From the NCBI GenBank assembly GCA_028023455.1, contig JAQFVV010000011.1, positions 2,108,001 to 2,172,000 of the forward strand: a DNA stretch of 64,000 nucleotides, written 5' to 3'. Within the stretch, counting starts at the first letter, position 1. Every line of letters starts with the position of its first letter. The stretch comes from Epiperipatus broadwayi. Taxonomy: Eukaryota; Animalia; Onychophora. The notes beneath the pieces were generated by a model. That model was not told the DNA's origin and made no database searches. It saw nothing but the letters and a program-made list of their open reading frames with translations. A program made the position numbers and the translations under genes. Shown here piece after piece: positions 39,063 to 51,724 of this stretch.

Positions 39063-40754
39063 TTTCATGACTTAATTTTTATTTTTAGCAGTTCTAGTTT
39101 TTTTTTTTTCCTGGCAGCATTTTAAATAATCCAGCTACTGTTTTTATACAATTTGGTAACAATATATATATAAGTCATTATATTAATTATAACTTTGCTT
39201 CAAAATTCTAGCACTAATTATTTTATTTTCATTTCTTTTAAAATTTATAAATACAGGCATTCATTGTGCTATCATTTAAAAAATAGAAAATATTCAATTT
39301 TTTTTACTTTTTATGAAAATGTTTTAAATCATTTTTTTAACTTTCTATTTTTATTTTCAAAAACATAATTACAAGCATGTGATAAATAAAAGATATTTTC
39401 TTTAACAAATACATTACTTAAAAGTTTTTTTTTCCCGAGTATTTCTTTGATTAAATCCCCTGCTTAAAAATGTAAAACTCAATATTTTGATTATTTATTT
39501 ATCGTTTTCATCAAATGCAATAAGTTTTCAATCTAAAAAACTTATAAGCATATAAACAGGAGCAATAAATTTCTTCCAAGTGCTAGCTGTTTGCTAATGT
39601 CACACTATCTATTATCAAAGTAATCCATCTTGAAAATGAAAAGTGACCCACTTTCATTATCTAAGCCAATTAAAATTAGACTACATGGGCATCTCTGCTG
39701 ATTAGATGTTTGTTCTAATAAATATTACTGTCTAATCTAATGCCCATATAAGATCTTGAGTCACAGGTAAAAGTAGATTCATTTCTCATTTGAATATGCA
39801 TTACTTTGACACTAGAGAGTATTGCATTAGTATATAGCTAGCACTTCCTTCATAAAAGTAAGCTATGATAGCGCTATCATAATTGACATTTTAGACCATA
39901 CAATGGTGAAGTGATTGCTACTTTTCTATGTTGTTTTAAAGCACTGTATATGTTAAATTACGTGTGACAGGCTGCAGCGATTCTTTCTATGAAGCTTCCA
40001 TTTTTAATGTATTAATTTTAAAAAAATTCCAAGAGATGTCAGCAGTATATAGACTCTTATAGACCTTTATCTGTGATTGACAGCACATTCTATTCTTATA
40101 ATAAAGCTATGTTGAAGTGGCAATTTGTCATTGGCTGACTTTAGATTATCTTTCCCTGCAGCTAAATGCCATAAAAAAACATAATTTTCAGTAACTGTTA
40201 ATAATTATGATGCAATATTTTTGTAAAGATTTATTATTAAACCGAAAACTACATCAATAGGGGTGTGTGTGTGTGTCTTTGAAACATTTTATTTTTAAAA
40301 AACAGTTCTTATAAAATATAAAAAGTACATTATAAGAACTGAAAATTGGTATGGAAATAGTTCTTACAGGCTAAAAAGAAAATTGTTTTTGTAAAAATTG
40401 TAAGTGAAATATTTTAATAACAATTAATAATTTATTAATTTTAGGATTTTTTTTTGTTTTTTTGATGATAATGAATTCTAAATATATCATTTTTAATAGC
40501 ATAAAATTCTAATATCAAATATTTCATTCTTCTAAATTTTTGAATAGGTATCATGAAACCAATAACGATCTTTTGTTATTGGTAAGATTTTCAGTTAGAT
40601 ACTTATTTTCACAATTTTAAAATATTAATTTAAAATATATTTTTATTTTAAAGACAGCTTAAATATTTATAATGTAGTGTATAAATTAATTTTATAATAT
40701 ACATAAAAAGATCTAATTGCAAAAAAAAAAAAATCAAACATAGCTTCATAGTAA

Positions 40755-40822
40755 AAATATTGGTTCTAGTCGACTAGCCACCGCATGCCACTTGATGGCT
40801 CTGTTGCTAGTCAAAACCAATA
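40755..40822. repeat. Short hairpin / mini-MITE
   Basis: tattggttctagtcgactagc...gctagtcaaaaccaata. Confidence 0.5.
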
Positions 40823-40984
40823 GATATAATGTTACCAGGCTGATTTACAATTTTGTTATTATTTATTCAAAAACAAATAAATATAATGCTTCCACCTGTT
40901 TCCTTCTTTTATATAGGGATTTTCATTTATTTTTCTTTAAAACATTTTACTTTTTTTTTTGGAAAACATAAGTTTCTAAATTTC

Positions 40985-41215
40985 ATTTTTTAATTACATT
41001 ATACATGTCAGTGTGTAGCGCTGGAATGTACAGGGAGGGGGACTGATGGTTTTGACAATCCGAAGGATCAGCCAAAAAATCCACTACTCTGTATCAAACA
41101 TTTTTTAATTACATTATACATGGCAGCATATAGCGCTGGAATGTGCAGGGAGAGGGACCGATGGTTTTGATGATCTGAAAGAATTGGCAAAAACATGTGC
41201 TACTCTGATCAAAAA
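40985..41215. repeat. Tandem dimer, unit about 115 bp
   Basis: tttttaattacattatacatg...tagcgctggaatgt(a/g)caggga...ctactctg occurs twice. Confidence 0.85.
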
Positions 41216-41959
41216 TATATATATATAAATTAGAAACATTCTGCAACGACATTTTGAAACTATTTTAAAAAAATTTATGAAACATTATTTAATAAAATGT
41301 AAGAATTCCATTTTAAAATTACCATCTAATCAAACCAAGCTTATGCTTTTAAAAACAATGACAAACCATAGCCATTTTAGTAGTCTTGTAGATGTTTTTG
41401 TGCAAAATTCCTTTTTTGCATGAATTCTGTAAAATGGTGTTGGGACGTATACTTTTGCAATTCATTTCACCTCAAAAAGATGTGTACGCAAGCACGGCAA
41501 TGGGCTTACAATTATTACTATCTAAAACTATGTCAGGTCATGTGAAAAATCATTATTTTGAATGGCCACTTGAATTCTATACACCCTCACATTATACTGT
41601 AGTGATCTGTGAAGTGTGCGTTACTTGCATAGTACCGAAGCACAATAGTGGGGCATAATATTTATGTGCAATGCTATCTAGGTCTGCTTAATGGCTAATA
41701 TGAATAGAATTGTTCTATAGGCTGTGTAAATGGCATATTTCTGTGCTTTTGCATGGAATCAGCAACATCAAGCGGCATGCAGTGGCTAATTGATGAGTAC
41801 CAAAATATTAATCACTTGAGTCTATTCAAAAATTTTCTAGGCAGGATTGACATTGATGTAGTTAAAAAAAATTTATTACACTTATTTATTAAATAGTTCA
41901 TATAATTTAATATTCATACTAATATATAAATAGTCAAAATGTTAAGTTTTTAACTATTA

Positions 41960-42653
41960 CTGTGTTTCCCCCAAAATAAGACCTAATCAAAAAATAAACC
42001 TTAGCATGATTTTTCAGGATGTTGGTAAAATAAGCCCTACCCCAAATATAAGACCTAGTTCCATTGAAACACACAACTGATGTATAGAATAATAAAGTAA
42101 TGAATATAACATTTAAAACGTTTATATATATATACATCAAAACTAGCTGTGCGAAAATTTACAAAATTTGAATTAAATTAATGAATAAATATAAATGTAG
42201 AATTTTGTACTTGAATAAATGTTATTCAAAACTATTTTGCTGGCAGATTCATAACTAATTATTTTAATAAATTTGCAAACACAATTTTTCTTTTTATTTA
42301 TCAATGCTGCCTGCCTTCATTCAGTCTGATATGAGAATTTGTCTTTCATCTGAAGTCCAATTGTATTATATATTGCAAATAAATTAATGCTGGATATTCG
42401 AAAAGGCTGAAACTTATTATCAGGGGGTGATCATAGTTCACAAATTAATCAAGCCAGCTTAACGTTTCATATATTACTTGAAATTAAATAATACTAATTT
42501 CAATAACATGTAAATAATTTTTAATATTCTCAATTTGACTAAATATATATATATATGTACATGAAAAAATTAACATCCCTAAAAATAAGCCTTAAGCAGT
42601 GTTTTGGAACAAAAATTAATATAAGACTAAGTCTTATTTTTGGCGAAACATGG
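41960..42653. mobile_element. Tc1/mariner (Tc2-like) MITE
   Basis: TA-flanked TIRs CTGTGTTTCCCCCAAAATAAGAC / GTCTTATTTTTGGCGAAACATGG, with subterminal aaataagcc repeats. Confidence 0.85.
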
Positions 42654-44409
42654 TATTTACATATATTGATCAAATCTTGCAAGAATTTGTAAAGAGATTT
42701 CCTAATATACATTTGAGTATATGCTTAATATATATTAAAACTACAATTTTTTTCAATGCTGGAACTTCATTAATTTCTTTCATTTGCAGAGCCACAATTT
42801 TAGTCTTTATTTATCTATGTAATTTCAGACTTCTTATTTAAATGGATGTTTTACTCATCTTGTGGTATAAGCTCAATTCTCTTGGTCCTGTTATGCTACC
42901 AACAGAATGAAACTTAATTGTATCTGTTAATTGAAAAGCTATCTTAATTTGATCAGATTAATTTCACATAGCTTTTTTAGACATGATTAATTCAATTCAA
43001 GATTCTGAATACACTAATACACTAAGTAGATTTTGATTTTTTTTTTTTTTTTAGTATACAAAGCTAGCCCAAGAAAAAGGTGGTCTAGTGCAATGTTTTC
43101 AAATGAGGGAGGATGGGGAGCTTTTACATACGATAAAAAGTACTTAGATATTTAATAAAAATATCATTTTTAAGATAGAGATATACTGCTTTCTTCCTAT
43201 TTTCTTATCTCTACTAACAATTTTACAGTGATTGTCTAAAAAATAATATAAAAACTTGAAAGAAAAAAAATTATAAAAAAATTCAAAAACAAATTTCCAC
43301 TTACATTAACAATATAATTGACTAAGAGATTCACTAATGCAGTTTCCAGTTGTAATTTAAACAGAAGATAATCAACCCTTTACACATATGCTGCACTGTT
43401 ATATTAAATCAATGTTGTTATTGTTGAATGTAAGGAAACTCGATCCTAGGCACAAGATAGAAACTATGAAAAGATAAGAACGCCTGTCTTATCTTTATAC
43501 CTATTATTCATTTTACTTCCATCTTGTCTATTGCATGTATTAACACTTGCAAAATTTGTTTTAAGTTACTATTTAATTATTGTTTCAAAATTATTATTTT
43601 TTAACTTGTTTTATTTTAGTATATGTGTTTTTTTTTATCTCTAAGTTTATTTTATTATATATATATATGAATAAAAGATCTAAGGTATTTACCAAAGATA
43701 TTAAATGACTAAAGTCATATTTTCAAGTTTTTCTTGAAGGAATGCAGGGGAGAAAAAGGTCTTTGATATCAAAACTTACAAAATTAAGTATAACTTATAA
43801 TATTGATCAAAGTATAATAAATAATATAACATTAAATAATAACTTTTTTTCTTTTCAATTTGTGAATATTTTAATTTCAATTATTATATATTTGACCAGA
43901 ATATTGAGGAATTTAGGTAGGTCTCTATAAATTCTACATAGTTGAAAAACTTTTGTATCACACAATCAGTGCACCTATATAGGTAATAGCCATTGTAGGA
44001 TCTACAAATTTAAATTTAGCAATTTAAAAATTAAATGTAGTTATGATAAAATATTTTATTTTTTGATTTTGGAAAAAGTCATAGATCATGCAGGATCAGG
44101 GGCCTTAATAAATGCAAGTACTTATGCTACCATATGGCTCACACAACCCTAGGGTCAGCTATCAATATAAATTCTTTTTAATTCTGTAATTCTTCTACTT
44201 GGAAAGCATTATTATACTAAAAATATTAATCAAAATCTTCAAAAAGTTTTATAAAACATTTTTAGAAATGAAATATTTTAATTATGGTACTTACAAAATG
44301 TAAAGACGATTAACAAAAGCTAATGATAGCAAAATATTCATAGTACTTCACCAAATACACGATTAATATAAAAACTCTTTTCTATCTCAAAAATAAAACG
44401 TATAGTCAA

Positions 44410-44481
44410 GCATTGGTGGCCTAACGGTTAGCATAGCTGCCTTCCAAACAGCGGGCCTGGGTTCGCTTCCCGGTCAACGCT
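44410..44481 (+). pseudogene. tRNA-Gly(TCC)-like pseudogene / SINE monomer
   Basis: GCATTGGTGGCCTAACGGTTAGCATAGCTGCCTTCCAAACAGCGGGCCTGGGTTCGCTTCCCGGTCAACGC. A-C mismatches in the acceptor and anticodon stems; shares tcaag and tttga flanks with the SINE family. Confidence 0.8.
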
Positions 44482-45552
44482 TTGAAATATAAAAAAATAA
44501 AAAATAAAACATGTAATCCTAATGAAGTGGATAATCTCTAGTCTAATGAATGACTAATAAAAATTATTAATGTGTAAACCTGTTTGTTCAAAGATTTGAT
44601 CAAATTGGAAACAAATACAAATAAAAAATGGAATGATTTTTTTTTTTTTTTGATATTTCATAATCAGTAATGAATGAATGTATAAAATAGTTTAAAGTTT
44701 AAAACTTTTAATAAAGCAATGAAAACATTTAAAGTATAATAACAAGAAATTTAGTTTAAAATGGATTCAAAATAAAATTTTGGGTTTTAAAGAATAGTAG
44801 GGTTACATAGTGAAAAAGAAAAGAAAGAATTCTCAGAGAGAAAATATTTGTATTGAAGTGTTTAAAAATGTTATTCCACATTACTAATTGTAAACTTCAA
44901 ACAGATTACTAATTTTATTATCAGGTATGGGATTACAAAATAGACAGATATAAATAATATATCCAAGACATTTCATGGATGAGTAATTATAAAATTAAGT
45001 CGAAGGAGGGAAGGGGCAAGTATAAACATAAATATGGGAAATAAAATAATATGAGAATAATCATAAAAATAAAAAAAAATAGATAAAAATTATTATAGCA
45101 ATTTTTGATTTTTTGTTTTCTATATTTTCTCTCTGATTTTAAAAATAAATAAGATTTAATATTAGAAAATTAAACACTATCAATATTTTAATTTCAATAT
45201 GTATTTGAATGTATTAATAATATTTACTATTTTTCTTTACTTTTATAAGAGAGTCTTTTGCAAATTCTATTGAACATAAAAAAATAAAAAATAAAAATTA
45301 TCAATGGTTTTAAAAATGTTCAATTTTCATAAATAAAAGTTGACCCCCCCATATTTTGATATTACTTAATTTTTAACCATATAAAAAAAAATCTGAATGA
45401 TAGACTTGGGCAAAATTATTGTTATGTGCTTGAAAAGGATAATTAAACAATGAAATTACAGTCAAAAAAGAACATAATAGGGAGGGGATGTGAATATGAT
45501 TTTGTAAAAATAAAATTTTTTGCAAGATCTCTAAATTCTCCAATCAAACCAA

Positions 45553-45656
45553 GTGTTAGTAGTCGAGAGGTCAGCGCAGCTGCCTTGCAAGCAGTTGCTT
45601 GCAGACAGTTGTTGCGGGTTCACTTCCCGGTGGATGCTTTGACATATGAAAAAAAA
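45553..45656 (+). mobile_element. tRNA-Gly-derived SINE copy with hairpin insertion
   Basis: Same family as 313-422, with an A tail. Confidence 0.8.
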
Positions 45657-46434
45657 CAGTTTATCTGTTAAAAATTTGATCCCTTCATTTTCAGACTGCA
45701 AAAATGAACAGATAGATGATTTAACTTTTAGAAATAAAACACTATTTATCAAAAGGAAGCACTGTTTTAAATTACAGCATATATCTAACATGTCTAATTG
45801 CATATTATTATAAGATAATTTATAAAATATCTACTATTAAAAATACAGATTAAAAATAAAACATTTGAAAAATCACCAACACGTATATCTATGCATTAAA
45901 AAAAATATGTGGATATTTTTTTTTATATTAAAAATGGTTCACAAAATACACACATATACCGCAACTAAAAATCATAAATATCATATAATCACAATATATA
46001 CTGATAAAACAAATTTGTTTTTAAAATAATGAAATGTATTTCTTTCCGGGGATTTTTTAATCTTAATAGTAAATGCCATTTAACAAAAATTTTACTGTGC
46101 ATAAAAACAGAATTATATAAAGATTATCTAAAAGACAATTATAAAAAGTTAAGATATTAATGACTTTCAATGGAGGATAAAATCCTTAGAATTATGCAAA
46201 AATAAAATAAAATGCTTATAATTAGGCAAAAGAAATCTTAGCACAGAATATGTTGAAAAACCGCAATGTGAGATTTATATTTGTAGTTCATATATTGGTT
46301 TGTATAGACATCATAATCCTGCACTTTAACTTTTAAATTCTTTCTTAATTGTTTGATCGAGGGTTAGAATGATGATACTACTTTATGAATGGAAGTTAAT
46401 GATGATGATGATAATATATACATATACAAAATAG

Positions 46435-46530
46435 TTTTTTTTTTCATGTATCAAAGCATTGGCCGGGAAGCGAACCCGTGACAAATGCTTGTAAGGCCGC
46501 TGTGCTGACCATTCGACCACCAACGCTTGA
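46435..46530 (-). mobile_element. tRNA-Gly-derived SINE monomer (anticodon position reads TAC)
   Basis: Body 46456-46526, reverse complement GCGTTGGTGGTCGAATGGTCAGCACAGCGGCCTTACAAGCATTTGTCACGGGTTCGCTTCCCGGCCAATGC; the anticodon stem is broken. Confidence 0.8.
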
Positions 46531-46639
46531 CTATATACAAATTAGTTGGAAAGCATAAAGCTCACTTTCTGCACAAAATTTTTGTCATTGTCTGGATATC
46601 ATTTATTACGGTAGCAAGCAAAAATCTGTAATAACTATT

Positions 46640-47930
46640 TTACATTTTTCAACTTTTTAAGGCAGAGTTGAACAGATTTCTCATTATCACTCAGTTATAT
46701 ATGTTGTTCTAAAGCTCCACCTAATACCAATCCAGGTAATACACTAAACTGGTTGTAGGAGATACAACTACATCTACAGCTTTGTTCTGAATTTTCTCTT
46801 ATGTTCTGGACATCATTTATCGATACTAACAAGAGTGAATCAATAATAACTATTTTAAATACAAGACTGTACCCAGATTATAGACAGGCTGCCAATTGTT
46901 TTAATAGGTTGCTTTAACAATTATTTTTTTTAAGATTTAATGTAAATTAAACAAAAGATTTTAATTGTATATAAATAAATATGAGAAATACACCCAGCCT
47001 GAAAGACCATCACGTTTGAAATAGTTTTTTAATTGGTTGCTTTAATAAATAAATAATTTAAGATTTAATGTAAATTAAACAAAAGACTTGATAAATGTGA
47101 GAAATTCACAATTGGAATTTTTTTTTTTTAATGTTCGGAACAACCTGGCCTGTTTGGTACACTTCAGAAATGTACTGACAAGGTATTAATAAAGCTAAAT
47201 TAATAAAAATTAATTTAAATTTTTAATTAAATATACCTGTTATATTTGATAAGTGAATTGGACAACTATATATATTAAAAATATTTAATGGAGTACTCCA
47301 GTAAAGTGTTACGGACAAATTACTTGTTGATAAATGTACCCAGCCTATGGAAAGACTATCATTTTTATAACAACTTTTTTTGGCTTTGTGGAATTACTTG
47401 CTTTGAATAAAATGCTCGTAATCAATTTAAGCCTCTTAAATAGAAGGAAGGAATTACTTCCTTTGCATAAAATGCTTCATTAAAAAATTATATTAATGAT
47501 GGAATTATTTACTTTGCATAAAATATGCTTCGTAATAAAAATTATGGATTATTAAATATAAAAGATCGAATTCCTATCTTTATATAAAAGTCTCATAATA
47601 AAAATTATAATTTAGTTGGGTATAGTTATTTACAAAAACAAATTTAATTTTTCTTTTTTTAATTGTGAATTTAACAGCATTACAAATAAATATAATAGTT
47701 TTTTTTTTTAATTGATTCTAAATTTGATACTTGACAGCATTATGGACAAACATACATTCAGATAACAGACAAAGTAGCAATTATATATATAGCAATTTTT
47801 TAAGAGAAATGAACAGATTTCTAATAGTCATTCAGCTATCTATGTTGTATAATTAAAGCTCTAGATTATATCAATCCAGGTACAATTCATCATACACTAA
47901 ACTGTGTTGTAGATGATATAACTTTATTTA
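46640..47930. repeat. Cluster of degenerate direct repeats (46640-46770 vs 47790-47930; 46865-47100 dimer; 47385-47540 short units)
   Basis: For example gaacagatttct...caatccaggta...tacactaaactg twice, taagatttaatgtaaattaaacaaaaga twice, and ggaatta...ctttg(a/c)ataaaat three times. Confidence 0.7.
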
Positions 47931-48777
47931 TAGTAAAGCTCTCCTTCACTTATGAATATATACAGTAAATTACAGGTAGTAATCATTTCAAATCACATTA
48001 CAGCTGTTGTGGAGCTGGAAAAATAGCTTGTGTTAATCCATACATTGATATTAAAATAATTGTGTTAGACCCAATGCTAGATCATATATGATTATAGTCA
48101 TAATCCTATGGAGGACAAATTCTTATGTAGAACAATTGGCCAATTATCTAATAACACTGAATAAGTAAAATAAAAAAAATCCGATTTTCCAAGTGGTATC
48201 ATCAACTTGTTGAAATATAGGGATGCTGATTTGTGAGAATAAATTACAGGATTGGCACAAATTATACACATTGAAAATTTCATTTCCGCAATTATAATCA
48301 AAAATAAAAATAAAAAACACAAAATGAATAATATAATCTCATAATGAACATGCTTGAAATATGTAACACCTTTAACATGTGTAGCATAGTTATTAGTGAT
48401 CTTGACTGAGCCACTTATGTTGGAAATTTATTAGGTGTAATAATGACCATGTTTTCAGTTAAGTAATCATAACAAAAACAACACAGTTATGACACTATAA
48501 TAGCAAAATACAAACGATGACAGTAAAAATTGTTTCCCAAGCTCAAGAAATTATATTTGTTACCTGAGAAGTGCTGGAAATTCAAGACTTAGTAGTCATT
48601 TAGCATCAAAATGGTAAAGTCAAGCATATTTCTCTGACTACAATTGTTGGAGTTTTTATCGATTGTTAAAATTTTACAAAACTGATCACTTTAAATAAAA
48701 ATTCACAACATTTCACAAGTAGCCTACTTTTAACATAAAAAGACATGATGGATACAGATGCAAATCAGGCATACTTA

Positions 48778-48861
48778 CTCTGAGCTTGTTAATCTATGCA
48801 AAGTTTATCTCTTTCATTTGCTAACATTATGGTGTATAAATGTCTATGATCCAAATGATGC
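48778..48861 (-). other. Candidate non-coding exon (84 nt)
   Basis: acattttcag| ... AAGA|GTAAGT; stops in all three frames. Confidence 0.35.
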
Positions 48862-49809
48862 CTGAAAATGTTCACATGCATCATATGTTTTTATTTTACC
48901 ATAAGATTTTTAGAAAAGTCCTGAAACCCATGTGACATTATGTTCGATTCCAGAAAAACAGTGAATTTCAGAAAAGACACAAACCCTGCTGCTGTAATTC
49001 ATGTGTCTATCTAAAAATTAAAATCAAACAAGACAATTAAATTATATATTTATCTTAAAACCTAATTTAGAATGAGATATTAAAGAAAGCGAAGTATGGT
49101 GAATGTTAGATATTATTTGATTTCATTTATAACGAACATGACGAAACTCCAACTCCATCCCGCAGTTTTTTGTGCAAAAAAAATATTGCAAACATAAATA
49201 TGAAGCCAATAAAACAGAAAACCACCTCAAATCAGTTCCTTCTGAGAATGCATCTACATACACAAGTTCAATTTGAAAAAGTAGGGATGCTTGCAAAATT
49301 TGCCATTTCATGAAAACCTCTACTTCAAGCATTGTATAAAATTTCTCATAGGATTGCAAAAAACAAAAGCATTGTACTATGGGGAGAGTACTGAATCCAC
49401 ATACATTGGGAAGAGATAAATGGGGTGTGTAAAATAATGTAAAATTTTCCAAAAAATGTAATTTTTGATTATTTTAAAAAAGAAGTTGGAAGAAATAAGA
49501 AACCCCCCCATAAAAAAGAAACCCCCCCCCTGAGAAATTAAGCAAGTTTTTTGCTTTTGTTTGTTGTGTATATGCTGATGAAGATTTTTTTTTTTTGAGT
49601 CTCTTTTGAAAACCACTCTCTTTGCATTGATGAAACTTCAGTGAAACTTAATAATATATCTAGTTTGCTACTCTAATGGAAAATGAATCTCTTCAAACTG
49701 TTCATTCTTTACTTTTTGTACAGGTGTGCATGCATTAGCAACAAATACACTTCCAATAACCACTACAACATCACAATCACCATTCCCTATGCTTTCACAA
49801 GCTTCTAAA

Positions 49810-49980
49810 ACAAGAGCAAACTCTTCATAAAGTAGTGCCACATAACAAAAATCTTAATAATCAATAGTTGCAAAAAGATTTGTATATAAAATCCCTACCC
49901 AGTGCCTACTTATCCAATATCCTCAGACTAGTTTCTAGTTTGTAGCTTTCATCAGTGAGAAGTCTTGAATCTGAGAGCAC
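49810..49980 (-). mobile_element. HHR-bearing repeat, family C
   Basis: TCTCA-CTGATGA-AAGCtacaaACTA-GAAACTAGTC-TGAGG at 49921-49960. Confidence 0.75.
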
Positions 49981-50229
49981 ATCACCTAGATCTTAGGATC
50001 TGCTGCAACCCTCCAAGAATCACCTTTTACCTTTTTAATTAACTATAAAGCTACGAATCTAAAATGAAAACAGATGATTTCAGTCCAAGATCAATCATTA
50101 TATAGTTATTTTGGTATCTTTAATTCTTCAATAGCCGTAAACATGATCATCCCATAGACCAAAATTGTACTGAACCAGTAGACATCATAGGGATCAGCAT
50201 TTCTTATGCTTATACAAGTTGTTAAAAGT

Positions 50230-50385
50230 GATAAACTCTCCATGCAGTAATGCTACCCAGGGCAAGCCACTAATCAATGGATGCAAGGTTTGTGCATAAA
50301 ATCCATATCTAGTGTCCACTCATCCAATATCCCCAGACTAGCTTCTAGCTTTTATCAGTGAGGAACCTTAGAGCTGAGAGCACTA
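50230..50385 (-). mobile_element. HHR-bearing repeat, family C, decayed core
   Basis: CCTCA-CTGATAA-AAGCTA-GAAGCTAGTC-TGGGG at 50331-50363. Confidence 0.7.
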
Positions 50386-50419
50386 TTGGACGGAGAGCTT
50401 ACTTCTGATTTTGCTTCCA

Positions 50420-51130
50420 ATAACACTGAAAGAAGTTTTCTTAACAGCTACAAACATGAATTAAAATTTTTTATCAAGAAATGAGAAAATAATATGAAGC
50501 CCTTTTCCAACACACAGAAGTGGACTGACTTTCAAACAAACAAGTCTGAGTAAAATTTTCTCTGAAAAAAAAAAAGGAAACCCCACATTTAGGAAATTTT
50601 TTTAAAAATGATTTTATCCATAGATTGGATTCTCCAGATATTCATATGCATGAGATCTTTCTATTCAAGATTATGAAGTCACCATTATGATGCAACTGAA
50701 ATATTAACTGAGTCATCAATATAAAAGATGAGGATGGAGACTGGCATTTTTACAAACTTTCAAATATTGGAGAAAGTGTGTAACCAAGATGAAGGTGAAG
50801 TACAAAACTCTCTGTCATTTTTTTTCTTGAAAAAAGATATCCACTTAAAAATATTACAGAACTATTAAGTTATTCTATCTTGATGTCATGATAATTGAAC
50901 CACAGACCTACAACCCTTTTCTTTTTGAAAGATATTGACTTACCCAAAAATAAATTCATTGACTTAGAACAAAAATTTGCTACAGTTAGAATTCAACTCA
51001 ACAAATCTTTGGAGAATTTTGGCAATTCATGCAAAAAATCTACCCTCACCTTGTAAAACAAGCTATGGAAGCTTTGATTCGATTTACAACATTTTATGAA
51101 TCAGTATTTTCTAAACAAGTTCTGACATCA
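50420..51130 (+). pseudogene. Buster/Charlie-type hAT transposase remnant
   Basis: LFQHTEVD*L resembles the LLLHTEVRWLS motif. FWQFMQKIYPHLVKQAMEALIRFTTFYESVFS resembles the hAT dimerisation domain. Confidence 0.7.
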
Positions 51131-51319
51131 ATGTCTAACATGATACGTATGTTGACTTGTTAAATATCACACTAGAATTTAAACTTTCTAATAGGATGTC
51201 TTCAAAAAATAAAATATAACTTTCCTCTTATTTTTGATATATTACATTATTATTTAATCTAATTATAGGGATTTTAAACACAGGCCCTCAAGTTCTTCCC
51301 TGACATACAATCTGTCTCA

Positions 51320-51535
51320 TAGAACCTATACACATGACCACACACATGTGAAAAAGATAAATGATCTCCAATATATGTATTTTGTGCTGAATCAGCACTC
51401 ATCAGTTGGTCCAGATCATCTTTCATATATATATAATCATTGCTTGGTTTATATTAAGTTAGAAAATCTTCAAACATTAATGAACAGGCTTCAATCTATT
51501 CGACTCTCCAACTCTTCCGCTATCCATATCTTTGT
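51320..51535 (-). mobile_element. PLE 3' end relic with family A HHR (G12>A)
   Basis: atgatct-gga-ccaa-CTGATGA-GTGCTGattCAGCAC-AAAA-TACATATA-ttgg-agatcat at about 51353-51418. Upstream sequence reads like a PLE C-terminus (IEAC...KPS). Confidence 0.7.
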
Positions 51536-51547
51536 AAATAAGTCAAT

Positions 51548-51714
51548 TATTTTATATAGCGCAATGTTTTTTATAAACTATAATATTTAAATAGCATTAA
51601 ACTGTTGCACATGCGCTTTGGATTTTAAATATAAAATGAATGTTTAGTATTCATTCATTTTATATTTAAAATCCAAAGCGCATATGCAACAGTTTAATGC
51701 TGTTTAAATATTAT
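51548..51714. repeat. Head-to-head inverted duplication of the family E tail
   Basis: tattttatatagcgcaatg...ataaaatgaatg, a spacer of about 8 nt, then cattcattttat...ttaaatattat. Confidence 0.85.
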
Positions 51715-51724
51715 CCATATCTTT

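Noticed and set aside
44410-44481. Functional tRNA-Gly(TCC)
   Set aside because: Mismatches in the acceptor and anticodon stems, and flanks shared with SINE copies.
46456-46526. Functional tRNA-Val(TAC)
   Set aside because: Gly-type body with a broken anticodon stem; it is a SINE copy.
49921-50363. Tandem retrozyme dimer (two same-strand family C HHRs about 410 nt apart)
   Set aside because: Sequences upstream of the two HHRs share only about 10 nt, so they are not tandem units.
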